Positions 33,859 through 44,460 of a stretch of 64,000 nucleotides of DNA are shown in pieces. This stretch comes from Candidatus Caccovivens sp. (GTDB lineage: Bacteria; Bacillota; Clostridia; Christensenellales; UBA1242). The notes beneath the pieces were generated by a model. It was not told the DNA's origin. It saw only the letters and a program-made list of their open reading frames with translations, and ran no database searches. Each line of letters begins with the position of its first letter. Position 1 is the first letter of the stretch. The position numbers and the translations under genes were made by a program. Where the stretch lies: NCBI GenBank assembly GCA_045650745.1, contig JAZRRN010000041.1, positions 17,507-81,506 of the forward strand. The letters run 5' to 3'.

Positions 33859-35247
33859 TTAGTTTTTTGTCAATGCTTGTGTTGCAACAACAGCTTTTTC
33901 TGGAATGACAATAGGTTCTCTTTCTTGAACAATGTCGTATCCAATTGCTCTGACTGCTTCTTCGTAATGTGGAATGTCAAATTTTTCCAACCACTCTTCA
34001 ACAGTTGCACAATATCTTGCAAAAGCTTCTGGGCTTGCAAAATCTCTTTGTCTTCCGTCAGCAGAAACAATCTTTGTGCGATAGATATCAAGAGCTCTTT
34101 CAATTTCAACCGGAGTTGTGCTTGCAACATGCAAAGTGTCAAAACACATTGAAAGAAGTGTTTTTGTTTCTCTTATGCTTGCTCTTTCTTCTTCTGTTTT
34201 TGCATAACCAATTGTTTCAAGAGCCTTCAAAACATTTTTTGTTTGTTGTGCAGTCATTCCTGCAGAAACAACATAAAAGTTTGCAGGTCTTCTATAACCG
34301 TTTTCATCTTTCCAAGCAAGAAGTTGTTGCATTGCACCAACTCTGTCCATAAGCAAATCAAGTGTCGCTTTGTCTTTTTCAGAATGTTGTCCCTTCTTGT
34401 ATCTTGCGATTGCATTTTGCACTTGTTGATAATATGGCAATCTTTCTTCTTCAACAATATAAGTTGTTTCAAGTTGCCATTCGATGTGTTCGATTGCTTT
34501 TCTTGCCATTTCAATTGCAACTTGACCTTTTGTCGAATGTTTTGTCGCTTCGCTCATTCTGCTTTCCATTGTTTTTGAAACAGTTTTGATCAATTGCAAA
34601 AATTCAACAGCAACTGCTTTATCCATTTTTTCAGAAACAAAAAGGTCATATCTTCTCAAAAACTCAAAAGTAAAGTTTTCGTATTTTTTAAGCAAAATTT
34701 CTTGATATTTGTCAGCAGCAACTTGTCCAGCAGTTCCTGTGCCAACCTTGCTTGCCAATCTTTTAGTCCTTGGGCTAAGTGTATATCCTTCGCTTTTTGC
34801 AACAGTTGCAAGTGCGTTTTTCAAAGATTCGTTTTTCTTGCCTGCAAAAACATCAAGCACCAAAACTTCATCTCCCAAAATACCTTGCAAACCTTTTATG
34901 TAAGTTTTTGCCAAAATTTTGTTTGCTTCTTCGTTTGTTTTGCAAGAAGCTGTTTCGTCAACATATTCTGCAAAAAATTTTGTCAACAATCCATAAGTGT
35001 CTGTAAGTTTGATTGCAGAACGAGAAACAAAAGGTTTCATTTCTTCTCTGCGACCTACTTTTAAATATGACTTCATCACCATAAGTACCAAAACTTTCAA
35101 ATCTGAAATGTTTTGTTTGTCAATGTCAGCAACAAGTTGATCGCAAACATATTCTGCACCTTTGCTCAAATCGTAATATCTGTCAGATCCAAATTCAACG
35201 CTATCAAACAAAAATTGGATTTCTGATTCTATTTCGTGACTCTTCAT
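33859..35247 (-). CDS. Hypothetical protein, predicted all-helical, soluble
   Basis: 462-aa ORF with its own TRTG promoter (TGTGTTATAAT) and SD AGGGGG. No motif recognised. Confidence 0.6.
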   Translation of the reverse strand: MKSHEIESEIQFLFDSVEFGSDRYYDLSKGAEYVCDQLVADIDKQNISDLKVLVLMVMKSYLKVGRREEMKPFVSRSAIKLTDTYGLLTKFFAEYVDETASCKTNEEANKILAKTYIKGLQGILGDEVLVLDVFAGKKNESLKNALATVAKSEGYTLSPRTKRLASKVGTGTAGQVAADKYQEILLKKYENFTFEFLRRYDLFVSEKMDKAVAVEFLQLIKTVSKTMESRMSEATKHSTKGQVAIEMARKAIEHIEWQLETTYIVEEERLPYYQQVQNAIARYKKGQHSEKDKATLDLLMDRVGAMQQLLAWKDENGYRRPANFYVVSAGMTAQQTKNVLKALETIGYAKTEEERASIRETKTLLSMCFDTLHVASTTPVEIERALDIYRTKIVSADGRQRDFASPEAFARYCATVEEWLEKFDIPHYEEAVRAIGYDIVQEREPIVIPEKAVVATQALTKN

Positions 35248-35337
35248 ATCATACCCCCTAGATTGACAACATCAATCTTATGTATTATAACACACAAACA
35301 AACCCGGTGTCAATAACAATAAAAAGGGCGATTTTTT

Positions 35338-35367
35338 GCAAAAAAACAAGAGGCTGTTGCCCCTTGT
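35338..35367 (-). terminator. groEL terminator
   Basis: Minus strand ACAAGGGGC-aaca-GCCUCUUGU + U-run. Confidence 0.75.
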
Positions 35368-35372
35368 CATTT

Positions 35373-37282
<1,910 letters not shown>

Positions 37283-37392
37283 TTCGACTCCTTTTTGCAC
37301 AATTAGTATAAAATTTTATAAGAAAAAAGTAAAGTTTTTATGACAGCAAAAAAAATATCAACACGATTTTTGTGTCGATATTTTTGTTTTTA

Positions 37393-37620
37393 TTATCTGC
37401 CCAAACTCTTCTCGTTTAGTTTTTTGTTGCAATCAGCAATGCCTCTTTGTGCCCTTTCTCTCATGTTTCCCTCAAGATCATAACGGCTTGCATCATCAAG
37501 ACAAGTTTGATATTGCGTTCTTGCTGCAACATATTTGCCTTCAAAAAGCATTTTCCCTGCTTGCATATATCTCTTTTCCCATGTTGTCCTAAGTCCATGT
37601 GGCATAATTCTTTCTTCCAT
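37393..37620 (-). CDS. Small hypothetical protein (75 aa)
   Basis: Strong SD AAGGGAGG. Promoter TTGACA...TGTGATAAT upstream and a terminator hairpin downstream (37347-37385). Confidence 0.55.
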   Translation of the reverse strand: MEERIMPHGLRTTWEKRYMQAGKMLFEGKYVAARTQYQTCLDDASRYDLEGNMRERAQRGIADCNKKLNEKSLGR

Positions 37621-37744
37621 AATCCTGCCTCCCTTCTCTCTTTTAGATTATCACATACACAAACACTTGTCAACTTTGTTTTTGCTTCTCAAAAAATTTG
37701 ACTAAGTTTGTCAAAATTTATATAATTTTTTTAGGAGAAAAATT

Positions 37745-38428
37745 ATGGACCTTTCTGAAATCATTGCAATCATAAGCGTTGTGATGTCGTTTGCATCAAC
37801 ACTCATTGCAGCACTTGCAATCAAACACGCCACACACATTCAAAATCAAACTCTTGCACACGACAACTATGGTGCAATGAAAACATGGTTTGAAAAAACG
37901 GCTTATATAATGAAAACCTTATATCTCAGACACCCAACAAATGCAGACAAAGAAGGCATTTCAAAATCTTTGGTTGACCTTTCTGCAAGCATTGACATGG
38001 GCAGATTGTTTTTCAAAAACCAACTTGATGGTGATTACAAAATCAACAAACCAGAAGTTTTTAGAGGTCGCAGAGTTTTGGTGCTTGATGTTGTCGTTTT
38101 GTATTTTGACATCTTCCTCAACGGTTTGCAAGAAGAAAATCAAGACATTCTTTGGGGATTGCAACGAGCATTTATCAGCGAAATGATCCAAATTTTGGAA
38201 AAGAACAAAAATGCCGACCACATCATCGAATATGATTATATAGATGAAGATGACATCATTGACATCAAAAACATCAACAACGAACAATTTAGAAAAGTTT
38301 TGCTCAGCGAAGACATCATAAAAGCTGTCAAAGAACGCAAACTTTCGTTGCAAGACACAAAACAACCAAAAACAAAGAAAAAAATAAAACGAGCAGCAAG
38401 CGTTGCCTCTTCAACAAAAGTCGAATAA
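37745..38428 (+). CDS. Hypothetical membrane-anchored protein
   Basis: N-terminal TM IIAIISVVMSFASTLIAALAI and a Lys-rich C-terminal tail. SD AGGAGAA. Confidence 0.6.
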   Translation: MDLSEIIAIISVVMSFASTLIAALAIKHATHIQNQTLAHDNYGAMKTWFEKTAYIMKTLYLRHPTNADKEGISKSLVDLSASIDMGRLFFKNQLDGDYKINKPEVFRGRRVLVLDVVVLYFDIFLNGLQEENQDILWGLQRAFISEMIQILEKNKNADHIIEYDYIDEDDIIDIKNINNEQFRKVLLSEDIIKAVKERKLSLQDTKQPKTKKKIKRAASVASSTKVE

Positions 38429-38471
38429 AAAACAAACAAAAAAATCCAGCCAAATTGGTTGGATTTTCTTT

Positions 38472-38864
38472 TTATTCTTGAATGTTTGGTGGTGTCACAA
38501 TTGGTCCCAAAATTGAGTTTGTTGTAAGGTTTGTGATTGTGTTTGAAACATAAGCAGTCAAAATTCTTACAGGTTGGCTGTTTTTGATAAAATCCTTTGG
38601 GTCTGGAAGTCTGACAAATTCAATCGAATCAACAGGGATTTCAATGCTCATAGTCACAGCAACCCTTATCAAGTTTGCAGGGCTGACTTCAAGAGATCTT
38701 TGCAAAGTCACTTTCACAATTTCTTCTGACACCTTTCTGATGTCCAACGCATCAACTGGCTTGATGTTGATTGTTGCGTTTGCTTGTGGAAATTGCATTA
38801 TTTCAAAAACAACTTTTTCAAGAATAGGTTTTACCAAATGTGGTTTAATGATATTTTCTTGCAT
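38472..38864 (-). CDS. Small SecB-like / DUF1149-type protein (low confidence)
   Basis: 130 aa from ATG 38864 (SD AGGAGAA). The C-terminal RILTAYVSNTITNLTTNSILGPIVTPPN parallels SecB [28 protein letters not shown], and alternating beta-like segments precede it. Confidence 0.35.
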   Translation of the reverse strand: MQENIIKPHLVKPILEKVVFEIMQFPQANATINIKPVDALDIRKVSEEIVKVTLQRSLEVSPANLIRVAVTMSIEIPVDSIEFVRLPDPKDFIKNSQPVRILTAYVSNTITNLTTNSILGPIVTPPNIQE

Positions 38865-38975
38865 AACTTTTCTCCTATTTACACAAAAATTGTAACACAA
38901 AATTTGCAAAAAGACAATAATTCACAAAAGATTGTTTCCGTTATTTGTCTATTTTTTCAAAAAAAGAAGAAGCTG

Positions 38976-40373
38976 TTACGCCTCTTCTTCTTTATCTTTT
39001 TCTTTAGGTTCTTTTGGATCAGTCAAATTGTCCACATATTTGATCTTCAAGTTTACTTTTTCGATACGGTGAGCATCCATTTTGATAACTGTAAACATCA
39101 TGTTGATTTTGTGTTGTTCCAATCTTCCTTCGCCATCAATGATTTCGTCAATTGTGTCAAATGTGTAAACAGCACCTGTTTCTGGGACATTTTCTGACAA
39201 ATCAAACACAAAAGCACTGAGTGATCTGTATGGGTTTTCAGGAATATTTTCGATTTCCAATTTTTCAAACAATTCTTCGACTGTGATTTCGGCATCGATT
39301 TCATATTCGTCCATGCCAACAGGTTCGATAGAAGGTTCTACTTCATCTTGATCTGTTTCGTCATAAATTTCACCAAACACGGTTTCGGTGCAGTCTTCCA
39401 TTGTCACAATACCAGACACCCCACCAGCCTCGTCAATCACGATTGCCAAATGCTTTTTCGCATTTTGCATTTCTTTGATCAATGTGTCAACATTTGCATT
39501 TTCTGCTGTAAACAAAGGTTCGGTCATAAGATTTTTAAGCACAATCTTTTTGCCTGACAACTTGGCACTGAAAAAATCTTTCAATGTCAAAATGCCCACA
39601 ACATTGTCTGTGTTGTCCTTGTAAACAGGGATACGGCTGTATTGATGTTCGATAAAAGTTTGCTCAATTTCTTCAACAGTCGCATCATCTTTCAAAAACA
39701 CAACATCAACTCTGTGTGTCATAATGTCGTGCGCTGTCGCAGATTTGATTTTGAAAGTTCCTTGCAAAAGGTCTGCTTCTTCTTGTTTAAGCACGCCTTC
39801 TTCTTCCATGGTTTCGATAATACTTTCAAGTTCGTCTTCTGTCATTGTTACAGATGTTTCGCCATCTTTCTTCTTTGTAAACAATTTTTGAAGCCCATAA
39901 AATGGCATAACAATAATATACAACACTTTCATCACAACATAAATGACTGGTGCAATCTTTGTTGCCACCTTTTCAGGATTTTTCTTTGCAAGTGCTTTTG
40001 GCAAAATTTCACCTGTGATCAAAATAATGATTGTCATGACAACAGTGTTTAAAACAGTTTGCAATGTTGCATTATCAACAAATTGTGTAAACAAAAATGC
40101 ACAAAGTGTTGTTGACAAAATATTGACAATGTTGTTTCCAACAAGGATTGTCGTAAGCACTCTGTCTGAGTGTTCTGACAAATACAACGCTTTTCTTGCT
40201 CCTTTTACCTTGTTTTCTGCCATGGTCCTTATTCTAATAAGATTCATAGAAGAAAGAGCTGTCTCGCTCGCTGAAAAAAATGCCGACAACATCAACAAGA
40301 CAGCTATTGCTGCGATGAGTGCTGCGTGCACAGTTGTAAATGAAGCTGTTAAAAGCATACTGGGGTGATTCAA
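38976..40373 (-). CDS. CNNM/DUF21 + CBS pair + CorC_HlyC domain protein (hemolysin/TlyC/CorC family)
   Basis: FFSASETALSS...ILVGNNIVNI, then CBS-like repeats, then C-terminal ...FDTIDEI. TTG start 8 nt after AAAGGAGA; alternative ATG 15 nt downstream. Confidence 0.8.
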   Translation of the reverse strand: MNHPSMLLTASFTTVHAALIAAIAVLLMLSAFFSASETALSSMNLIRIRTMAENKVKGARKALYLSEHSDRVLTTILVGNNIVNILSTTLCAFLFTQFVDNATLQTVLNTVVMTIIILITGEILPKALAKKNPEKVATKIAPVIYVVMKVLYIIVMPFYGLQKLFTKKKDGETSVTMTEDELESIIETMEEEGVLKQEEADLLQGTFKIKSATAHDIMTHRVDVVFLKDDATVEEIEQTFIEHQYSRIPVYKDNTDNVVGILTLKDFFSAKLSGKKIVLKNLMTEPLFTAENANVDTLIKEMQNAKKHLAIVIDEAGGVSGIVTMEDCTETVFGEIYDETDQDEVEPSIEPVGMDEYEIDAEITVEELFEKLEIENIPENPYRSLSAFVFDLSENVPETGAVYTFDTIDEIIDGEGRLEQHKINMMFTVIKMDAHRIEKVNLKIKYVDNLTDPKEPKEKDKEEEA

Positions 40374-40494
40374 TTTTTTGTCTCCTTTATTTTTTGAAAT
40401 TACAGCATATTATATCACATATATTCAATTTTGTCTAGTCATTGGGGCAAAATGGAGACATCACAGCCCTTTTGTTGCCTTTTGATCAACATTG

Positions 40495-40503
40495 TGATAA
40501 AAT
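40495..40503 (+). promoter_or_regulatory. Extended -10 (TGATAAAAT) 6 nt from the ATG: leaderless candidate
   Basis: TGATAAAAT-ttatat-ATG(40510). A possible -35 TTGCCT lies 17 nt upstream. No SD. Confidence 0.45.
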
Positions 40504-40509
40504 TTATAT

Positions 40510-41388
40510 ATGAAAAACAATGACAATATAGACAAGTTTCAAACTTGCACAACCTGTCCAAGAAACTGCAAAATTTCACGACAAGAACAAACGGGTTTTT
40601 GCAACGAATTTGAAACAATCCGCATTTCAAAAATCATCAAAAACTTTCAGTGGGAAGAGCCTTGCATCACTGGCGACAAAGGTGCACTTGCCATCTTCTT
40701 TTCTGGTTGCAACTTGCGATGTGATTATTGTCAAAACTACGAAATCTCTCGTGGACAAGTTGGTCAGATATACACGATTGACGAGTTTTGCCAATTGATA
40801 GAAAAAAATCAATCTTCGCATTCAAGCATCGACCTTGTCACCCCAACCCACTTTTCAGTGCAACTTGCAAAATGTTTTGAAAAAATCAAACCAACCATAC
40901 CTGTTGTTTGGAACACCAACAGTTACGAAACCGAAGAAAACATTTTGCTGGTAAGCAAATTTGTCGATGTGTTTTTGGCAGATTTCAAATATGCAAGCGA
41001 TGCTCTTGGCAGACAGTTTTCAAAATGCGAAAACTATTTTTCAAAAGCTCTGCCTGCAATCAAATTGATGTGCGATCAAAAGCCAGACATTATTGATGGC
41101 GAATTTATGAGTCAAGGTGTGGTTTTGCGCCACCTTGTTTTGCCAGGACACACAAAAAACTCTTTTGAAGTGCTCGATCAAATTGCTGCGATGTTTCCAA
41201 ATCGCAAAATCAGCCTTATGAGTCAATTTACACCAAACGGAAAAAGTTCTCTAAATCGCAAACTTACACCTATCGAATATAAGGCCGTCGTAGCACATAT
41301 GCAAAAACTAAACCTTACAAATGGATATCTGCAACAATTTGACAGCGCAAGCGAGTTGTTTATCCCGAAATTTGGCGAAAACGATTGA
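40510..41388 (+). CDS. Radical SAM protein (PflX / activase-like)
   Basis: CNLRCDYCQNYEIS (CxxxCxxC) and an N-terminal CTTCPRNC...FC cluster. Confidence 0.75.
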   Translation: MKNNDNIDKFQTCTTCPRNCKISRQEQTGFCNEFETIRISKIIKNFQWEEPCITGDKGALAIFFSGCNLRCDYCQNYEISRGQVGQIYTIDEFCQLIEKNQSSHSSIDLVTPTHFSVQLAKCFEKIKPTIPVVWNTNSYETEENILLVSKFVDVFLADFKYASDALGRQFSKCENYFSKALPAIKLMCDQKPDIIDGEFMSQGVVLRHLVLPGHTKNSFEVLDQIAAMFPNRKISLMSQFTPNGKSSLNRKLTPIEYKAVVAHMQKLNLTNGYLQQFDSASELFIPKFGEND

Positions 41389-41436
41389 CATATTTTGAAA
41401 AAAAAATTATCATATTAGCATATAAGGAGATAAGTT

Positions 41437-41733
41437 ATGGGAAAAGTATCACCTAAAAAATGTATAGGCTTTGGCATTATTTTTTCTTTGGCAGCAGTTG
41501 TTTTTGCCGTTTTGTATCATTTCAATCTTATCAAATCATTGGATTCGTTTTTGGCATTAACATATGTGGCATATTTTGTAGGCCTTGCTTTGATGTATAA
41601 TGGTGGCTATCACAGAGAATATCGCCGCACACCATCTGCATTTATCAGTTTTATTCTTGGATTTTTGTTCATTGTTTTGGCAATTGTTTTGCTTGTTTAT
41701 GGACTTGTGCAAGGATACATCGTATTGTTCTAA
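41437..41733 (+). CDS. Small integral membrane protein
   Basis: 98 aa, three hydrophobic spans. SD TAAGGAGA. Confidence 0.6.
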   Translation: MGKVSPKKCIGFGIIFSLAAVVFAVLYHFNLIKSLDSFLALTYVAYFVGLALMYNGGYHREYRRTPSAFISFILGFLFIVLAIVLLVYGLVQGYIVLF

Positions 41734-41743
41734 AAAAACAAAA

Positions 41744-41773
41744 ACACAACTCTTTTTCAAGTTGTGTTTTTTT
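41744..41773 (+). terminator. Rho-independent terminator
   Basis: ACACAACT-N8-AGTTGTGT + T6. Confidence 0.75.
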
Positions 41774-41807
41774 ATTTTGATTTTCAAGGAAATATCCGCA
41801 CAGCAAA

Positions 41808-41838
41808 CAAAAAAGACTGCAAAAGCAGTCTTTTTTTA
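41808..41838 (-). terminator. Terminator of the AT-hook protein gene (bidirectional shape)
   Basis: AGACTGC-aaaa-GCAGTCT flanked by A/T runs. It overlaps the stop codon. Confidence 0.7.
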
Positions 41839-44289
41839 GTTCAAGTTTTTGATTTCATCAAGAAGGTTTTCAAGTTTTGCGTTGATTTCTGCAATTCTTC
41901 CTTCAGATTCTTCTTGACCCATCACTGTTGCAGCTTCATTTTGAAGCGCTTCGATTTCTTTGAGAAGTTGTTCTCTTCTTGCTTGCTTTGGATCATTGCT
42001 TTCCATTGCATTTGCTGCAAGTTTGATTTCGTTGTCAATTTCTTCTTTTGCTTGACTCAATCTTGCTTCTTCTTCAGAGAGTTTTCTGTTGATCTCAGAA
42101 ACTGATTCAACCGTTTTTTTTGGTCTACCTCTGCCTCTCTTTTCACCATCATCAGCAGCTGCTGGCTTAACAATTTTCTTTGGTCTGCCAACACTTCTCT
42201 TTTCTTTTGCAGGTTCGTCTGTCACTGCTTTTTTAGGTCTGCCAACACTTCTTTTTGGTGCTTGGCTTTCTTCAGTAACAACTTTTCTTGGACGACCAGC
42301 TTTTTTCTTTGGTTGTGCGTCTACTGCTTCAGCAGGTTCTTCATCATCATCAGATTCTTCTTCTGTTTCATCAAAATCAAAATCTACAAGTTCTGGTTTT
42401 TCTTCTGCTTTTGGTTGTGCGTCAATGTCAAAATCTTCAAACGCATCATCAACAACTTTCTTTTCTTCTTCGGCTGGAGTTTCTTCTGCAGGAGCAGCAA
42501 CTTCTTCAGCGCTGTTGTTTACAACTTCAATGCTGTCATCTGTGTCAACTTCTTCAATAACCTTTTCTGCAACATTGTAGATATCATCTTTTTGTGCAAC
42601 ATCTGTCATAAAGTCGAAGTCATCAAATTCATCAAAGTTTACAACTTTCTTTTCTTCTTCGGCTGGAGTTTCTTCTGCAGGAGCGGCAACTTCTTGTGCG
42701 GCTTGAGCATTGTCAGCTGCTGAAGAAATCAATTGTCCGTCTTGAGAATAAACATTTCCGTTTTCGTCATGGAAATTGCCTTGTGGGTCATACCATGTTC
42801 CGTTTGGATACAAATAGTTTCCAGCTTCGTCATATCTTCCTTCTGCAGGAATGTCTGTCACACCTTCAGTTGGATTTGTTGCTGCTGGTTTAACTGGATC
42901 TGATGGCAAATCAAAGTCACCTTGTCCAGCATTTTTCAACTTGATTTCAAGTGAAGTAATATATTCTTTGTCTTTTGCATTTTGATCTTTCAAAGAAAGG
43001 ATCTTGTCGGCAAACACTTTTGCAACCACTTTTTCAGCACTCTTGCAGAACTTGTTGAAGAATGTTTGATATTCGTTGAGCATTGCGCTTTCAACATTTT
43101 TGCGATATCCTTCAAGCTCATCATTGAGTTTCTTGATTTCTTCTTCGCCTTCATTCTTTTCAAGCAAGTATTTTGCTCTTTGTTGTTCAAATTCTTGTTC
43201 AAGTTGTTCTTGCTTAGCAATTTCTTGTGTTTGTTGTTTTCTATAATAATTGCTTTCAATTCTGTTTGTTGTTTCTTCTTGCATCTGACGAAGTCTAAGA
43301 ATGTTTTCTTTTGATGCTTGGATCTTTGTTTGAGATTCTTTTTGAACATTGTCAAAGTTCTTTCTTCTAGATTCAAGTTCTGATTCCAATTGAGAAACTT
43401 TAACAAGCAATCTTTCTTTCTTCTTCAAGAAAAGTTCGCTTTCTCTCATTGCTCTTTCAAGCACGATCGAACCATCAACGCCAGTTTCAGAGAAGTCATA
43501 TGAAACATGATCAACAATTTCTTCTTTAGAACGATTGAATTCTTCTTTCTCTTTTCTTGCCTTGTAATCCAAGAATTCACGCAAAACAGGTTGTCCCTTT
43601 TCGATTTCTTGTGGAGTAAAGAGAATTTGATAGTCAATATATGATGGAAGATCTACACAGGCATTATCCATAAATCTACCAAAAAGCGAAACGCTTTGAT
43701 AGAGCGAATTGAGCACTGCATTTTTTCTTGCTCTCATATAAGCCACAAAACCAAAACCAATCACACAGATAATCAATGCTGCAAGCATAGAAGTAACCAA
43801 AGCTGTGCCGGTAAGCACATTTGCTTCAATAGCTTCTGCAATCATAATAAACATTGATGAGATGAAAGCCCAGATAGTTGTAAACAATCCCAAGTTTTTG
43901 ATGTTTGATTGTGCAGAACTTGTCTTCAATGGCTTTTCAATCAAATTGTCTGTTGAAAGATATTCTGATGGATCATGTTCTCTAAAGAGTATGTATTGTT
44001 GCCAATAATAGCAGAGTCTTTTTGGTCCTTTCTTTTTGAAAAGATCATTCAACTCTCTAACATTTTCTTCAGTGACAACTTTCTTTTCAAACAACCAATA
44101 GTTGACCTTGTCTAAAGCTCTGTTCAAAGCTGACTCATAAGAAAGTGCAGATTTGATCAAGAAGAAGAGCACCAAAAGCACTTCAACGCCCAAAGCGATG
44201 ATTGTCAAAAGGTCCAAACCAAGTTTGTTTGTAGCATTTGTCAAAAATTTTACTACATTGCCTACGATATCACAAATTGTCGAAATCAT
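41836..44289 (-). CDS. Membrane-anchored coiled-coil protein with acidic repeat region and four C-terminal AT-hook-like motifs
   Basis: 817 aa from ATG 44289 (SD AAGGGGG). There are three TM spans in the first ~230 aa, then a long heptad-rich stretch and two copies of EVAAPAEETPAEEEKKVV. The AT-hook-like motifs are KKAGRPRKV, SVGRPKKAV, SVGRPKKIV and GRGRPKKTV (nt 42115-42300), followed by a terminal coiled coil. Confidence 0.7.
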   Translation of the reverse strand: MISTICDIVGNVVKFLTNATNKLGLDLLTIIALGVEVLLVLFFLIKSALSYESALNRALDKVNYWLFEKKVVTEENVRELNDLFKKKGPKRLCYYWQQYILFREHDPSEYLSTDNLIEKPLKTSSAQSNIKNLGLFTTIWAFISSMFIMIAEAIEANVLTGTALVTSMLAALIICVIGFGFVAYMRARKNAVLNSLYQSVSLFGRFMDNACVDLPSYIDYQILFTPQEIEKGQPVLREFLDYKARKEKEEFNRSKEEIVDHVSYDFSETGVDGSIVLERAMRESELFLKKKERLLVKVSQLESELESRRKNFDNVQKESQTKIQASKENILRLRQMQEETTNRIESNYYRKQQTQEIAKQEQLEQEFEQQRAKYLLEKNEGEEEIKKLNDELEGYRKNVESAMLNEYQTFFNKFCKSAEKVVAKVFADKILSLKDQNAKDKEYITSLEIKLKNAGQGDFDLPSDPVKPAATNPTEGVTDIPAEGRYDEAGNYLYPNGTWYDPQGNFHDENGNVYSQDGQLISSAADNAQAAQEVAAPAEETPAEEEKKVVNFDEFDDFDFMTDVAQKDDIYNVAEKVIEEVDTDDSIEVVNNSAEEVAAPAEETPAEEEKKVVDDAFEDFDIDAQPKAEEKPELVDFDFDETEEESDDDEEPAEAVDAQPKKKAGRPRKVVTEESQAPKRSVGRPKKAVTDEPAKEKRSVGRPKKIVKPAAADDGEKRGRGRPKKTVESVSEINRKLSEEEARLSQAKEEIDNEIKLAANAMESNDPKQARREQLLKEIEALQNEAATVMGQEESEGRIAEINAKLENLLDEIKNLN
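42452..42695. repeat. 55-bp intragenic direct repeat, two copies 189 bp apart
   Basis: 42452-42506 and 42641-42695 (acaactttcttttcttcttcggctggagtttcttctgcaggagc[a/g]gcaacttctt) with one mismatch. They encode the duplicated EVAAPAEETPAEEEKKVV. Confidence 0.85.
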
Positions 44290-44460
44290 AAAACCCCCTT
44301 GTATATGCAATAGTATATCACAACTAAAAAAATAATTACTAATATTTTTCAATAATTTTTTAAATATTTTTTTATAATTTTTTTCTATATGAAAAAAGAG
44401 AAGGATTTTTGTTTAAAAAACATTTTTCCTTCCCTATTTTCAAGCAGTTTCGCCTTTGAC

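Noticed and set aside
42089-42580. A 163-aa Ser-rich plus-strand ORF.
   Set aside because: It is the antisense reading of the acidic Glu/Asp/Lys-rich region of the AT-hook protein gene, with no translation signals.
41836-44289. The AT-hook protein considered as the ZorA component of a Zorya-type defence system.
   Set aside because: No MotB/ZorB-like partner and no ZorC/D-like genes are adjacent; the neighbours are addA and a convergently oriented small membrane protein. The channel-like resemblance is only a by-eye impression.
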